Origin: Myxococcaceae bacterium
Lineage (GTDB): Bacteria; Myxococcota; Myxococcia; Myxococcales; Myxococcaceae
Assembly: GCA_016793095.1 (NCBI GenBank)
Contig: JAEUJQ010000037.1
Coordinates: 12,244-76,243, forward strand
Direction: 5' to 3'
DNA length: 64,000 bases
Numbering within the stretch: position 1 is the stretch's first letter; every line of letters begins with the position of its first letter. The translations under genes and the position numbers were made by a program. This document shows positions 46,492-55,199 of this stretch, piece by piece. The notes under the pieces were generated by a model. That model was not told the DNA's origin. It saw nothing but the letters and a program-made list of their open reading frames with translations, and did no database searches.

Positions 46492-47877
46492 TCAGCCCCT
46501 CGCGACGGCGGGCGCTCCCGGGGGCACCTCGGCTGGTGGCTCCGGCGTCGCCTGCTTCAGGGGCGCGTTGGGCATGCCGTAGCGGATGAAGTCCCACACG
46601 AAGGCGATGATGCCACACGAGAAGAGGCTCGCCGCGAGGATGAGGCCCCAGAAGTGCACCTCGAGCTCCTTCTGCACCGTGAGGAACTCCATGCCCGCGC
46701 GCCGCTCGAGCACCACCTGCGAGACCCCGGCGACCGCGAAGGCCAGCGTCATCGCCGTCATGCCGATGTTCGAGGTCCAGAAGGCGAAGCCCGCCGACGC
46801 CTGCTCGTACACCTTGCGGCCGGTGAGCAGCGGCATCGCGTAGGCGATGATGGCGAGCACCAGCATCGCGTAGGCACCCCAGAAGGCCATGTGCCCGTGC
46901 ATCGCGGTCACCAGCGTGCCGTGGGTGTACATGTTCACCTGCGGCAGCGTGTGCGCGAACCCGAGGAAGCCGGCGCCCACGAAGCTCATCAGCGCGCAGC
47001 CGATGGTCCACAGCAGCGCGACCCGGTTCGGGTGCGTACGGCCACCCTTCTTCGCCATCGCGAACGCGTAGATGGCCATGCCCAGGAACGCGAGCGGCTC
47101 GAGCGCGCTGAACACGCCGCCCACCATGAGCCAGTACCGGGGCGTGCCGATGAAGTAGTAGTGGTGGCCGGTGCCCAGCACGCCCGAGAGGAACGTGAAG
47201 CCGACGATGACGTAGAGCCACTTCTCGATGATCTCCCGGTCGACGCCGGTGAGCTTGATGAGCAGGTACGAGAGGATCGCGCCCATGATCAGCTCCCACA
47301 CGCCCTCGACCCACAGGTGCACCACCCACCACCGCCAGAAGCTGTCCACCGTCTGGTTGTCGGTGGGGATCATGCCCGGCAGGTAGAGCAGCGCGGCGGC
47401 GAGCAGGCCGAAGAAGAGCACCATCGAGGTGGTGGACTTCTTCTCGCTCTTCCACACCGTCCACCCGATGTTGCCGATGAAGAGCAGCACGTCGATGACG
47501 ACGAGGAAGTCGAGGGGCCGGGGGATCTCGAGGAACTTGCGGCCCTCCCACCAGTTCAGGTGGAAGCCGATGATGGCCGTGACGCCCGTGACGACGAGGG
47601 CGATGAGCTGCACCCAGGCCAGCTTCGGCCACGCGAGCTCGCGATCGCACTCGTCGGGGATGATCCAGTACGCGGCGCCCATGAAGCCGGCGAGCAGCCA
47701 CATCACCAGCAGGTTGGTGTGCGTCGCGCGGGCGGCGTTGAAGGGAATCCACTCGTGCAGGCCGTCCATGCCCACGCGGGCGAAGCCCATGATGAAGCCG
47801 TAGACGAGCTGCAGGGACAGCAACAGCATGCACGTCGCGAAGAAGCCCCACGCGACCTTCTGGCTCTGGAACTTCAC
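46492..47877 (-). CDS. norB: nitric oxide reductase subunit B (cNOR catalytic subunit)
   Basis: 12-TM haem-copper-oxidase fold with conserved His ligands (GTGHHYY, MHGHMAFWGAY) and a 461-aa length. Confidence 0.9.
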   Translation of the reverse strand: MKFQSQKVAWGFFATCMLLLSLQLVYGFIMGFARVGMDGLHEWIPFNAARATHTNLLVMWLLAGFMGAAYWIIPDECDRELAWPKLAWVQLIALVVTGVTAIIGFHLNWWEGRKFLEIPRPLDFLVVIDVLLFIGNIGWTVWKSEKKSTTSMVLFFGLLAAALLYLPGMIPTDNQTVDSFWRWWVVHLWVEGVWELIMGAILSYLLIKLTGVDREIIEKWLYVIVGFTFLSGVLGTGHHYYFIGTPRYWLMVGGVFSALEPLAFLGMAIYAFAMAKKGGRTHPNRVALLWTIGCALMSFVGAGFLGFAHTLPQVNMYTHGTLVTAMHGHMAFWGAYAMLVLAIIAYAMPLLTGRKVYEQASAGFAFWTSNIGMTAMTLAFAVAGVSQVVLERRAGMEFLTVQKELEVHFWGLILAASLFSCGIIAFVWDFIRYGMPNAPLKQATPEPPAEVPPGAPAVARG

Positions 47878-48575
47878 TGGGCGACCTCCTTCTTGGTCTT
47901 CTGCGACGAGAGGAACGTGACGAGCTCACCGAGCTGCGCGTCGTCGAGCGGCAGCTTCGGCATGGTGGTTCCGGGCTTCACGCCAGCAGGGTCCTTCAGC
48001 CACCGCTCGAGGTACGCGGAGTCGAAGCGGTCACCCACGCCGTCGAGGGCGGGGCCGACGGTGCCTCCTGCTCCACCGAGCGCATGACAGGTGACGCAGA
48101 TCTGCGTGAAGACCTGGGGACGGGTCGGTGCGTTGGCGACCGCCTGCTGCGCCGCGGCCCCCAGCGTGGGCTTCGCGGGGAAGCCGTTGAGGTCCACCTT
48201 CCCCACCCACTCGAAGAAGGCGATCAGGTCTTCGATCTCCTCGTCCTTGAAGTGGTAGTTCGTCATCTTCCGCTCGCCGGGGTACATGGCCTGCGGGTCT
48301 TTGATCTGCGCACGGATGAAGGCTGGCCCACGGCGCTCGTAGACCTTCGTCAGCTCGGGCGCGTAGTAGGCGCCTTCACCAAACAACGTGTGGCAGCCCA
48401 TGCAGTTGTTCCGCTCCCACAGGTCCTTGCCCCGCTTCACCGGCTCGGTGAGCGCTGACGCGCGGGTCCGCTCGGGGATCTGCTGAAACGTGTCCCACGT
48501 GAGCGCGAGGAACACCGAGGCTGTCACCGCCGTGCCTCCCAGGAAGAAGGCCTTCGCTGCCGATTTCGAGAGCAT
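47874..48575 (-). CDS. norC: nitric oxide reductase subunit C with an extra C-terminal cytochrome c domain (di-haem)
   Basis: N-terminal TM anchor and two CXXCH motifs (CMGCH, CVTCH). Overlaps the norB start by 4 bp. Start taken at the internal Met MLSKSA. Confidence 0.8.
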   Translation of the reverse strand: MLSKSAAKAFFLGGTAVTASVFLALTWDTFQQIPERTRASALTEPVKRGKDLWERNNCMGCHTLFGEGAYYAPELTKVYERRGPAFIRAQIKDPQAMYPGERKMTNYHFKDEEIEDLIAFFEWVGKVDLNGFPAKPTLGAAAQQAVANAPTRPQVFTQICVTCHALGGAGGTVGPALDGVGDRFDSAYLERWLKDPAGVKPGTTMPKLPLDDAQLGELVTFLSSQKTKKEVAQ

Positions 48576-48647
48576 GGGCGGCGCCCTCTTCAGGCCGCGT
48601 GCCAGCGCGCCGTCCCCGGTCACCACGCCGCGCCCCTGCGACAATCT

Positions 48648-48672
48648 GTTCCACGTCGTTTCACTCTGGAAC
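48648..48672. promoter_or_regulatory. perfect inverted repeat GTTCCA-N13-TGGAAC in the norC/nirK divergent promoter region
   Basis: Seen directly in the 193-bp intergenic region. Candidate operator, regulator unknown. Confidence 0.2.
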
Positions 48673-48768
48673 CAGAATCAGAAACACTCATGCCGCATCG
48701 GGCGGCCGTTACGTGGTCTTTCGTTTGCAGAGCCGTCGCGTCCACTCGTCGTCTCGAACCGAGGCTCC

Positions 48769-50163
48769 ATGCACGTCATCGTTCTCGCCGCGTTGTTGGG
48801 CGCGTTGCCCGAAGAGAAGGCCGTTCTGACCGACCCGCCGAACGTGCCGCCGCCCATCACGCGCACGACGCCGGCGAAGGTGCTCATCGAGCTCGAGGTG
48901 GTCGAGAAGGTGATGCAGCTGGCCGACGGCGTGGACTACACGTTCTGGACGTTCGGCGGCTCGGTGCCGGGCAAGTTCATCCGCATTCGCGAGGGAGACA
49001 CGGTCGAGTTCTGGCTCGCGAACCACCAGAACAACAAGCTGCCGCACAACATCGACCTGCACGCGGTGACGGGCCCTGGCGGAGGCGCGGCGAGCACCTT
49101 CACGGCGCCGGGCCACAAGAGCCGCTTCACCTTCATGGCGCTCAACCCGGGCCTCTACATCTACCACTGCGCGACGGCGCCGGTCGGCATGCATGTGGCG
49201 AACGGCATGTACGGCCTCATCTACGTACAGCCGAAGAAGCCGCTGCCGAAGGTGGACCGCGAGTACTACGTGGTGCAGGGCGACTTCTACACCGACGCGG
49301 ACTTCGGCCAGAAAGGGCTGCAGCCGTTCTCGATGAAGCGCGCCATCGACGAGCGCCCGTCCTACGTCGTCTTCAACGGCAGCGCGCTCTCGCTGGTCGG
49401 TGAGCGGGCGCTCAAGGGCAAGGTGGGCGAGACGGTGCGCATCTTCGTCGGCAACGGCGGCCCCAACCTCGTCTCGAGCTTCCACGTCATCGGCGAGATC
49501 TTCGACCGCGTGTACTTCGAAGGCGGCACCAAGACGCAGGAGCACGTGCAGACCACGCTCGTGCCCGCGGGCGGCAGCGCCATCGTCGAGTTCAAGCTCG
49601 ACACCGACGGCACCTACATCCTGGTGGACCACTCCATCTTCCGCACCTTCAACAAGGGCTCGCTGGGCATGATGAAGGTCGAGGGCCCCGGCCGGAAGGA
49701 CATCTACTCGGGCAAGGAGGTCGACGAGGTGTACCTGGGCGACGAGTCGGTCGCGACGTCGGTGAAGGCGACCCCCTCGGCCGCCGCGACCCCGGCCGGG
49801 AAGCCCGACGGCAAGGCGCTGTACCTGACGAGCTGCGCGATGTGCCACCAGGCCGAAGGCCAGGGCGTGCCCGGCGCGTTCCCGCCGCTCGCGAAGAGCG
49901 ACTACCTGGCGAACCTCGCGAACGGCAAGCGGGGCGAGCTCGTCGAGATCGTGCTGCGCGGCAAGACGGGCAAGATCACCGTCAACGGCCAGGAGTACAA
50001 CGGCGTGATGACGGCGGTGGCGGGCCTCGACGACGAGAAGCTGGCGACGCTGCTGACGTACGTGACGAGCACCTGGGGCAACAAGGCGCCGGCCTTCACC
50101 ACCGACGAGGTGAAGAAGCTGCGAGAGGCGTTGCCCGAGGTGAAGCCGGCAGGCGGGCACTGA
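48769..50163 (+). CDS. nirK: copper-containing nitrite reductase with C-terminal cytochrome c domain
   Basis: Cupredoxin type-1 and type-2 Cu ligands ([19 protein letters not shown]) and a C-terminal CAMCH haem motif. Confidence 0.9.
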   Translation: MHVIVLAALLGALPEEKAVLTDPPNVPPPITRTTPAKVLIELEVVEKVMQLADGVDYTFWTFGGSVPGKFIRIREGDTVEFWLANHQNNKLPHNIDLHAVTGPGGGAASTFTAPGHKSRFTFMALNPGLYIYHCATAPVGMHVANGMYGLIYVQPKKPLPKVDREYYVVQGDFYTDADFGQKGLQPFSMKRAIDERPSYVVFNGSALSLVGERALKGKVGETVRIFVGNGGPNLVSSFHVIGEIFDRVYFEGGTKTQEHVQTTLVPAGGSAIVEFKLDTDGTYILVDHSIFRTFNKGSLGMMKVEGPGRKDIYSGKEVDEVYLGDESVATSVKATPSAAATPAGKPDGKALYLTSCAMCHQAEGQGVPGAFPPLAKSDYLANLANGKRGELVEIVLRGKTGKITVNGQEYNGVMTAVAGLDDEKLATLLTYVTSTWGNKAPAFTTDEVKKLREALPEVKPAGGH

Positions 50164-50181
50164 GGCAGCGCGGAGGCGGTC

Positions 50182-50919
50182 GTGACGGTCACCGTGTTGC
50201 TCACGTCCGCGCTCCTCGGCCAGCCGATGGTGGCCATCCCCAAGGGGCGGTTCGCGCCGCTCTTCGGGCTCGATGTGGGGCAGACGTCGTTCGTGGTGGG
50301 GGCGTTCCACATCGACCCGCGGCCGGTGACGCGCGCGCAGTTCGCCGCGTTCCTCGAGGCGAACCCGCAGTGGGCGAAGGGCCGGGCGCCGCGCGCGGTC
50401 GCGGACGAGAAGTACCTCGACGGGGTGGGCGCGACGCCGCCGTCGCTGCCGGTGACGCAGGTCTCGTACTTCTCGGCGCGCGCGTACTGCGAGTGGAGGG
50501 GCGGGCGCCTGCCGACGACGCTCGAGTGGGAGTACGTGGCCGCAGCCGACGAGACGCGCCACGACGCCTCCCGCGAGGCCGACTTCGCCCAGCGCATCCT
50601 CGACTGGTACGGCAAGCCCAACCGCCCCGACGACCTCGCCCAGCCCGGCAGCCCGAGGAACGTGTACGGCGTCGAGGCGCTGCACGGGCTCGTCTGGGAG
50701 TGGACCGACGACTTCAACGCGCTCTTCGTCTCGGGGGACAACCGGCAGGACGGTGACAAGAGCGCGAAGCTGATGTGCGGCTCGGGCGCGACCGGCAGCG
50801 CCCGCCGCGAGGACTACGCGGCCTTCATGCGCTACGCGATGCGCTCGAGCCTCACCCCACGCACGACGCTGCCGCGGCTGGGGTTCCGCTGCGCTGCCAC
50901 CGAGAAGAGGTCGCCATGA
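50182..50919 (+). CDS. nirV: formylglycine-generating-enzyme-family protein NirV
   Basis: FGE-sulfatase signature (RGG..LPTTLEWEYVA, GLVWEWTDD, RLGFRC) directly downstream of nirK. Confidence 0.75.
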   Translation: MTVTVLLTSALLGQPMVAIPKGRFAPLFGLDVGQTSFVVGAFHIDPRPVTRAQFAAFLEANPQWAKGRAPRAVADEKYLDGVGATPPSLPVTQVSYFSARAYCEWRGGRLPTTLEWEYVAAADETRHDASREADFAQRILDWYGKPNRPDDLAQPGSPRNVYGVEALHGLVWEWTDDFNALFVSGDNRQDGDKSAKLMCGSGATGSARREDYAAFMRYAMRSSLTPRTTLPRLGFRCAATEKRSP

Positions 50920-51488
50920 GGACGACGCTGGTGTGCTGGCTCGTCTCGCTGTCGGCGATGGCCGCGCCCGACGAGAAGAACGTGCTCGCGCTGAGAACGT
51001 CCTGGGTCGCGGAAGACGGCAAGAAGCAGTCGCTCGAGGCCTTCAAGGGGCGTTGGTACGCGCTCACCTTCATCTACACCTCGTGCGCCGGCAGCTGTCC
51101 GCTCACCACGAAGAAGCTCAAGCGCCTCGACGCGGCCCTCGAGAAGGCTGGCAAGCCGCTGGAGCTCGCGGTGGTGAGCCTCGACCCGACCCACGACACC
51201 CCGGAGCAGGTGAAGCAGTACCGCGCGCGCTACCAGCTCGAGCAGGCCTCGCGCTGGCGCATCCTCGTGGGCGACGACGCGCAGGTGCGCACCCTCACCA
51301 TGCTGCTCGAGTTCAAGTACACGAAGAACCCCGAGTCTGGCGTCATCCTGCACGACAACACCGTCTACCTCGTCGCGCCCGATGGCGCGGTGAAGGCATC
51401 GATGTCGTCGCTGGACGAGCCGATGGAGGACTTCATCGCGAAAGTCCCCGCACGCCCTGCACCAGCAGCCCGAGCGCCTTCTCGATGA
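50916..51488 (+). CDS. SCO1/SenC copper chaperone
   Basis: Signal or TM N-terminus and thioredoxin-like CAGSCP metal-binding motif. Overlaps the nirV stop by 4 bp. Confidence 0.75.
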   Translation: MRTTLVCWLVSLSAMAAPDEKNVLALRTSWVAEDGKKQSLEAFKGRWYALTFIYTSCAGSCPLTTKKLKRLDAALEKAGKPLELAVVSLDPTHDTPEQVKQYRARYQLEQASRWRILVGDDAQVRTLTMLLEFKYTKNPESGVILHDNTVYLVAPDGAVKASMSSLDEPMEDFIAKVPARPAPAARAPSR

Positions 51489-52848
51489 AGGCCGGGTACG
51501 GCGGCGCCATCAACGTGCGCGCGGGCGCGAGGCGGCTCGCCACCACCACCGAGCGGGCGTGGGAGAACGCCTCGAAGCCCTCACGCCCGTGGTACGCGCC
51601 CATGCCGCTCATCCCGACGCCGCCGAAGGGCAGCGCTTCCTGGGCGAAGTGCACCAGCGTGTCGTTGACGCACGCGCCACCCGAGGTGACCCGCGAGAGC
51701 ACGTCGTCGACCCGGCGGCCGTCGTCGTCGAAGTAGTAGAAGGCCAGCGGGTGCGGTCGCGAGGTGATGCGGGCGAGGGCCTCGTCGAGGGTGCCGAACG
51801 TCTCGATGGGCAGCACCGGGCCGAACAGCTCCTCCTGCATCGCCGTCATCGACTCGTTCACGCCGAGGAGCGCGACCGGCGGCAGCACCCGCGCGCCGGG
51901 GCTCACGTCGCTCAGCGGCTCCACCTGCGCGCCCTTCGCTCTCGCGTCGGCGACGTGGGCCTCGAGCCGGTGCAGCGCCTTCTCATTGATGACCGACGTG
52001 AAGCCCTCGAGGCGCGGGTAGAAGCGCTCGACGGCGCGCCGCAGCTCGACCAGCAGGCGCTGCTCGCTGCCCCGCTCCACCAGCACGTAGTCAGGGGCGA
52101 TGCACGTCTGGCCGCCGTTGAAGAGCTTGCCGACGATGATGCGCTCGGCCGCCTGCGCGAGGTCGTACGACGGGTGAATCAACGTGGGCGACTTCCCGCC
52201 CAGCTCGAGCGTCACCGGCGTGAGGCTCTTCGCGGCGGCCTGGGCGACGAGCTTGCCGACGGCGGTGGAGCCGGTGAAGAGGAGATGGTCGAGGGGCAGC
52301 GCCGTGAGCGCGCGGGCCACCTCGGGGCCACCGGTGACGACGGCCACCTCGTCGCCGCTGAACCGCCCTGCCACCGCGCTGGCGAGCACCTCGCTGGTCG
52401 CAGGCGTCAGCTCTGACGGCTTCACGAGCGCGCGGTTGCCCGCGGCGAGCGCGGCGGCCAGCGGCGAGAGGGCGAGGTTCACCGGGTAGTTCCACGGCGC
52501 GATGATGCCGACGACGCCGAGCGGCAGGAACTCGACGAAGGCCTTCGACGGCAGGAAGAACGGGTGCGCGCGCTCGGGGCGTCGCGTCATCCACGCCTTC
52601 ACGTGTTTGCGGGCGTAGCGGACGCCGTCGAGGGTGAGGAAGACGTCGGCGATGAGCGTCTCAGCCCGGGTGCGCCGGCCGAAGTCCGACGCGGCCGCTC
52701 TGGCGAAGTCGTCCCGGTGCTCGACCAGCAGCGCGTCGAGGCGCTCGAGGCGGTCTTCCCGCTCGGCGAGCGACGGGTTGGGCGCGGCGCGCTGGGCGGC
52801 GCGAAGCCTGTCATAGGCACGCTGCACGGGGTCGAACGGGGCCTGCAT
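51433..52848 (-). CDS. aldehyde dehydrogenase (ALDH3/coniferyl-aldehyde-dehydrogenase-like)
   Basis: LELGGKSP, catalytic Cys in FNGGQTCIAPDY, and EELFGPVLPI. Only the 3' 471 aa of the long ORF is used. Confidence 0.85.
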   Translation of the reverse strand: MQAPFDPVQRAYDRLRAAQRAAPNPSLAEREDRLERLDALLVEHRDDFARAAASDFGRRTRAETLIADVFLTLDGVRYARKHVKAWMTRRPERAHPFFLPSKAFVEFLPLGVVGIIAPWNYPVNLALSPLAAALAAGNRALVKPSELTPATSEVLASAVAGRFSGDEVAVVTGGPEVARALTALPLDHLLFTGSTAVGKLVAQAAAKSLTPVTLELGGKSPTLIHPSYDLAQAAERIIVGKLFNGGQTCIAPDYVLVERGSEQRLLVELRRAVERFYPRLEGFTSVINEKALHRLEAHVADARAKGAQVEPLSDVSPGARVLPPVALLGVNESMTAMQEELFGPVLPIETFGTLDEALARITSRPHPLAFYYFDDDGRRVDDVLSRVTSGGACVNDTLVHFAQEALPFGGVGMSGMGAYHGREGFEAFSHARSVVVASRLAPARTLMAPPYPAFIEKALGLLVQGVRGLSR

Positions 52849-52989
52849 GGCGCTCCTCCTCCGGGCGAGGTGACGCCCGACTGGTCGGGCCACTTCTTCA
52901 TCCAGGACGTACCCGGCGGTCAACCTCTCCCGGAGCGCCCGCCAGTGTTTGCCCCGCCCGCCTGCTCGTGCTAACTGGTCGGACCAGTC

Positions 52990-53688
52990 ATGAGCCCCAT
53001 TCCCCGCCGGAACGTCGCCGAGAAGCTCGCCACGACGCTGCGCGCCGCCATCGTCAAGGGCCGGTTCCAGCCCGGCGACCCGCTGCCGTCCGAGCGCGAG
53101 CTGGCCGAGAAGTACGCGGTCAACCGCTCGAGCGTTCGCGAGGCGATGAAGCGGCTCGAGGCCTGGGGGCTGGTGAAGATCCGTCACGGCGGCGCGACGC
53201 GGGTCGCCGACCTGCTGCTCGACGCGGGCCTGGGGCTGGTGCCGGCGCTCATCGAGTCGGGCGGAGAGATGGGCCGCTCCATCTTGCGCGACCTGCACGA
53301 GGTGCGCGGGCTCTTGCTGGGCTGGGGCGCGGCGCAGGCGGCGAAGAAGGCCGACCCGGCGTCGATGGCGCGCCTCGACGAGCTCGCCCGCCAGCTCGCC
53401 GAGCCGAAGACGAAGCCGGGGCAGCTGCAGCAGCTCGACTACGACTTCTTCCACGAGCTGATGCTCATCTCGGGCAACCAGCTCTTGAGCCTGCTCTCGC
53501 GCGTGGTGCGTGACGTGTACTTCCAGAGCGCCGAGCGTTTCCTGCCGCTCTACCGCGCTGACGTCTTCGACCCCCGGCACCACCGCCGCGCCGTCGCCGC
53601 CATCAGGGCCCGTGACGCCGCCGCCGCCGCCGAGGCGATGCAGGCCCACGCCGCCTCGGCCCTCGCCCTCCTGGAGGAACGCGTATGA
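52990..53688 (+). CDS. GntR/FadR-family transcriptional regulator
   Basis: N-terminal winged HTH (LPSERELAEKYAVNRSSVREAMKRLE) plus an FCD-like C-terminal domain. Confidence 0.8.
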   Translation: MSPIPRRNVAEKLATTLRAAIVKGRFQPGDPLPSERELAEKYAVNRSSVREAMKRLEAWGLVKIRHGGATRVADLLLDAGLGLVPALIESGGEMGRSILRDLHEVRGLLLGWGAAQAAKKADPASMARLDELARQLAEPKTKPGQLQQLDYDFFHELMLISGNQLLSLLSRVVRDVYFQSAERFLPLYRADVFDPRHHRRAVAAIRARDAAAAAEAMQAHAASALALLEERV

Positions 53689-54707
53689 CCGCCCGCCCCC
53701 GCCTCGCCTCGCTGCTGGGCCCCGAGCCGACCGACAACGCGCTCCGCTATGCGGGCGCGCCGCACGTCGAGAGCTACTTCCTGCGCGCGAACGACCCCGA
53801 GCGGCCGCGGGCCTTCTGGTTGAAGCAGTGCATCCTCGCGCCGGTGAAGGGCCCCGCGGTCGCCGAGAGCTGGTTCATCTGGTTCGACGGAGAACGCAAC
53901 CGCACCATCGCCCAGCGCCACCAGGAGCCGCTCGAGGGCGCCCGCTTCGCGCCCGATGACGTGCTCACCAACGCCATGACGCTGCGGCTGGGCGCCGAGG
54001 GCTTCGTGAAGGGCGAGGTGAACGCCCCTGAAGGCCGCGCGCGCTTCGACCTGACGTTCCGGAAGGACGCGTCGCCTGCCGCCCGGCCGCTCTCCATCTT
54101 CCCGTGGAGGCTCCTGCGCAGCGGGCCGTTCCCACGCGCGAAGCCGCTCACGCCCTTCCCCTTCCTCCGCTTCTCGGGCGCGCTCGAGCTGCCCGGCGAG
54201 ACGGTGCAGGTAAAGGGCTGGCCGGGCATGCAGGGCCACAACTGGGGCAACGAGCACACCTTCGAGTACGCGTGGGGCCAGTGCCTGTTCCCCGAGGCGG
54301 ACGCGATGGTCGAGGGCTTCTCGGCGCGCGTGAAGGTGGCCGGCCGGCTGACGCCGCGGCTCTCGGCGCTCGTGGTGCAGAAGGGCCCACGGGTCTACCG
54401 CTTCGACGCCATCTTCGACGGCTGGCGGCAGCGGGCGACGGTGGACCAGGACACCTGGACGGTGGCGCTGCGCGGCGACGACGGCGACGTCTCGCTCTCG
54501 ATGGACGCGCGGAGGCAGCCGATGGTGTGCCTCGGCTACGACAACCCCGACGGCGAGCGCACGTACTGCTTCAACAGCAAGCTGGCGGCCGTCGAGCTGA
54601 CGGTGCGGCCCAGCGACGGCGCCTCGTTCACGCTCACCAGCAGCCACGGGGGCGCGCTCGAGTTCCTGAGGCGGCAACCAGACCCGCGCTTCAGCCGCGT
54701 GGTGTGA
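53685..54707 (+). CDS. hypothetical protein
   Basis: 340-aa clean frame, translationally coupled to the GntR gene. Confidence 0.45.
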   Translation: MTARPRLASLLGPEPTDNALRYAGAPHVESYFLRANDPERPRAFWLKQCILAPVKGPAVAESWFIWFDGERNRTIAQRHQEPLEGARFAPDDVLTNAMTLRLGAEGFVKGEVNAPEGRARFDLTFRKDASPAARPLSIFPWRLLRSGPFPRAKPLTPFPFLRFSGALELPGETVQVKGWPGMQGHNWGNEHTFEYAWGQCLFPEADAMVEGFSARVKVAGRLTPRLSALVVQKGPRVYRFDAIFDGWRQRATVDQDTWTVALRGDDGDVSLSMDARRQPMVCLGYDNPDGERTYCFNSKLAAVELTVRPSDGASFTLTSSHGGALEFLRRQPDPRFSRVV

Positions 54708-54719
54708 TGAGGAGACGAC

Positions 54720-55199
54720 ATGAAGCTCTCGTTCGTGGAGACGATGCGGGGTGAGGTGACGGACGGCGCGGGCCGGGTTCACCCGGTGGACTTCCAGATC
54801 CGCACGACGCAGCAACGCGCTGGCCACTTCCTCGTCGAGGGCGTCGTGCACGCAGGGACGTTCGGTGACGAGGCGCCGTGCACGGGCACGTTGACCATCA
54901 CCGTCGCCCCGCCGTCCATCGCCTACGACGTGCGGTGGGCGACGACGGCCGGCGCGTTCTCGTTGAAGGGCGCGAAGTCGCCGAGCCCGCTGTCGCCGCT
55001 GCGGTCGATGACGGTGCTGCCGGTGGCGCTGCTCGACGCCGCCGGCGCAGCGCTGGCGAAGGGCACGATGACGTTCGACCTCTTCGACCTGCCGGGCTTC
55101 CTCGCCTCGTGGCTACCCGTGAAGCTCGGTGGGCGGCGACGGTTCGACGCGCGGCTCGCGGCCGTGACGCGCAGCCACCTGCTCGAGGGGCAGTCGTGA
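54720..55199 (+). CDS. hypothetical protein
   Basis: 159-aa frame. Its stop overlaps the GTG start of the next gene. Confidence 0.4.
   Translation: MKLSFVETMRGEVTDGAGRVHPVDFQIRTTQQRAGHFLVEGVVHAGTFGDEAPCTGTLTITVAPPSIAYDVRWATTAGAFSLKGAKSPSPLSPLRSMTVLPVALLDAAGAALAKGTMTFDLFDLPGFLASWLPVKLGGRRRFDARLAAVTRSHLLEGQS

Noticed and set aside
45961-48087. 708-aa plus-strand ORF over norQ/norB
   Set aside because: Antisense to textbook NorB and NorQ. His/Arg/Glu-rich nonsense.
48709-50685. 658-aa minus-strand ORF over nirK/nirV
   Set aside because: Antisense to nirK with clear copper ligands on the plus strand.
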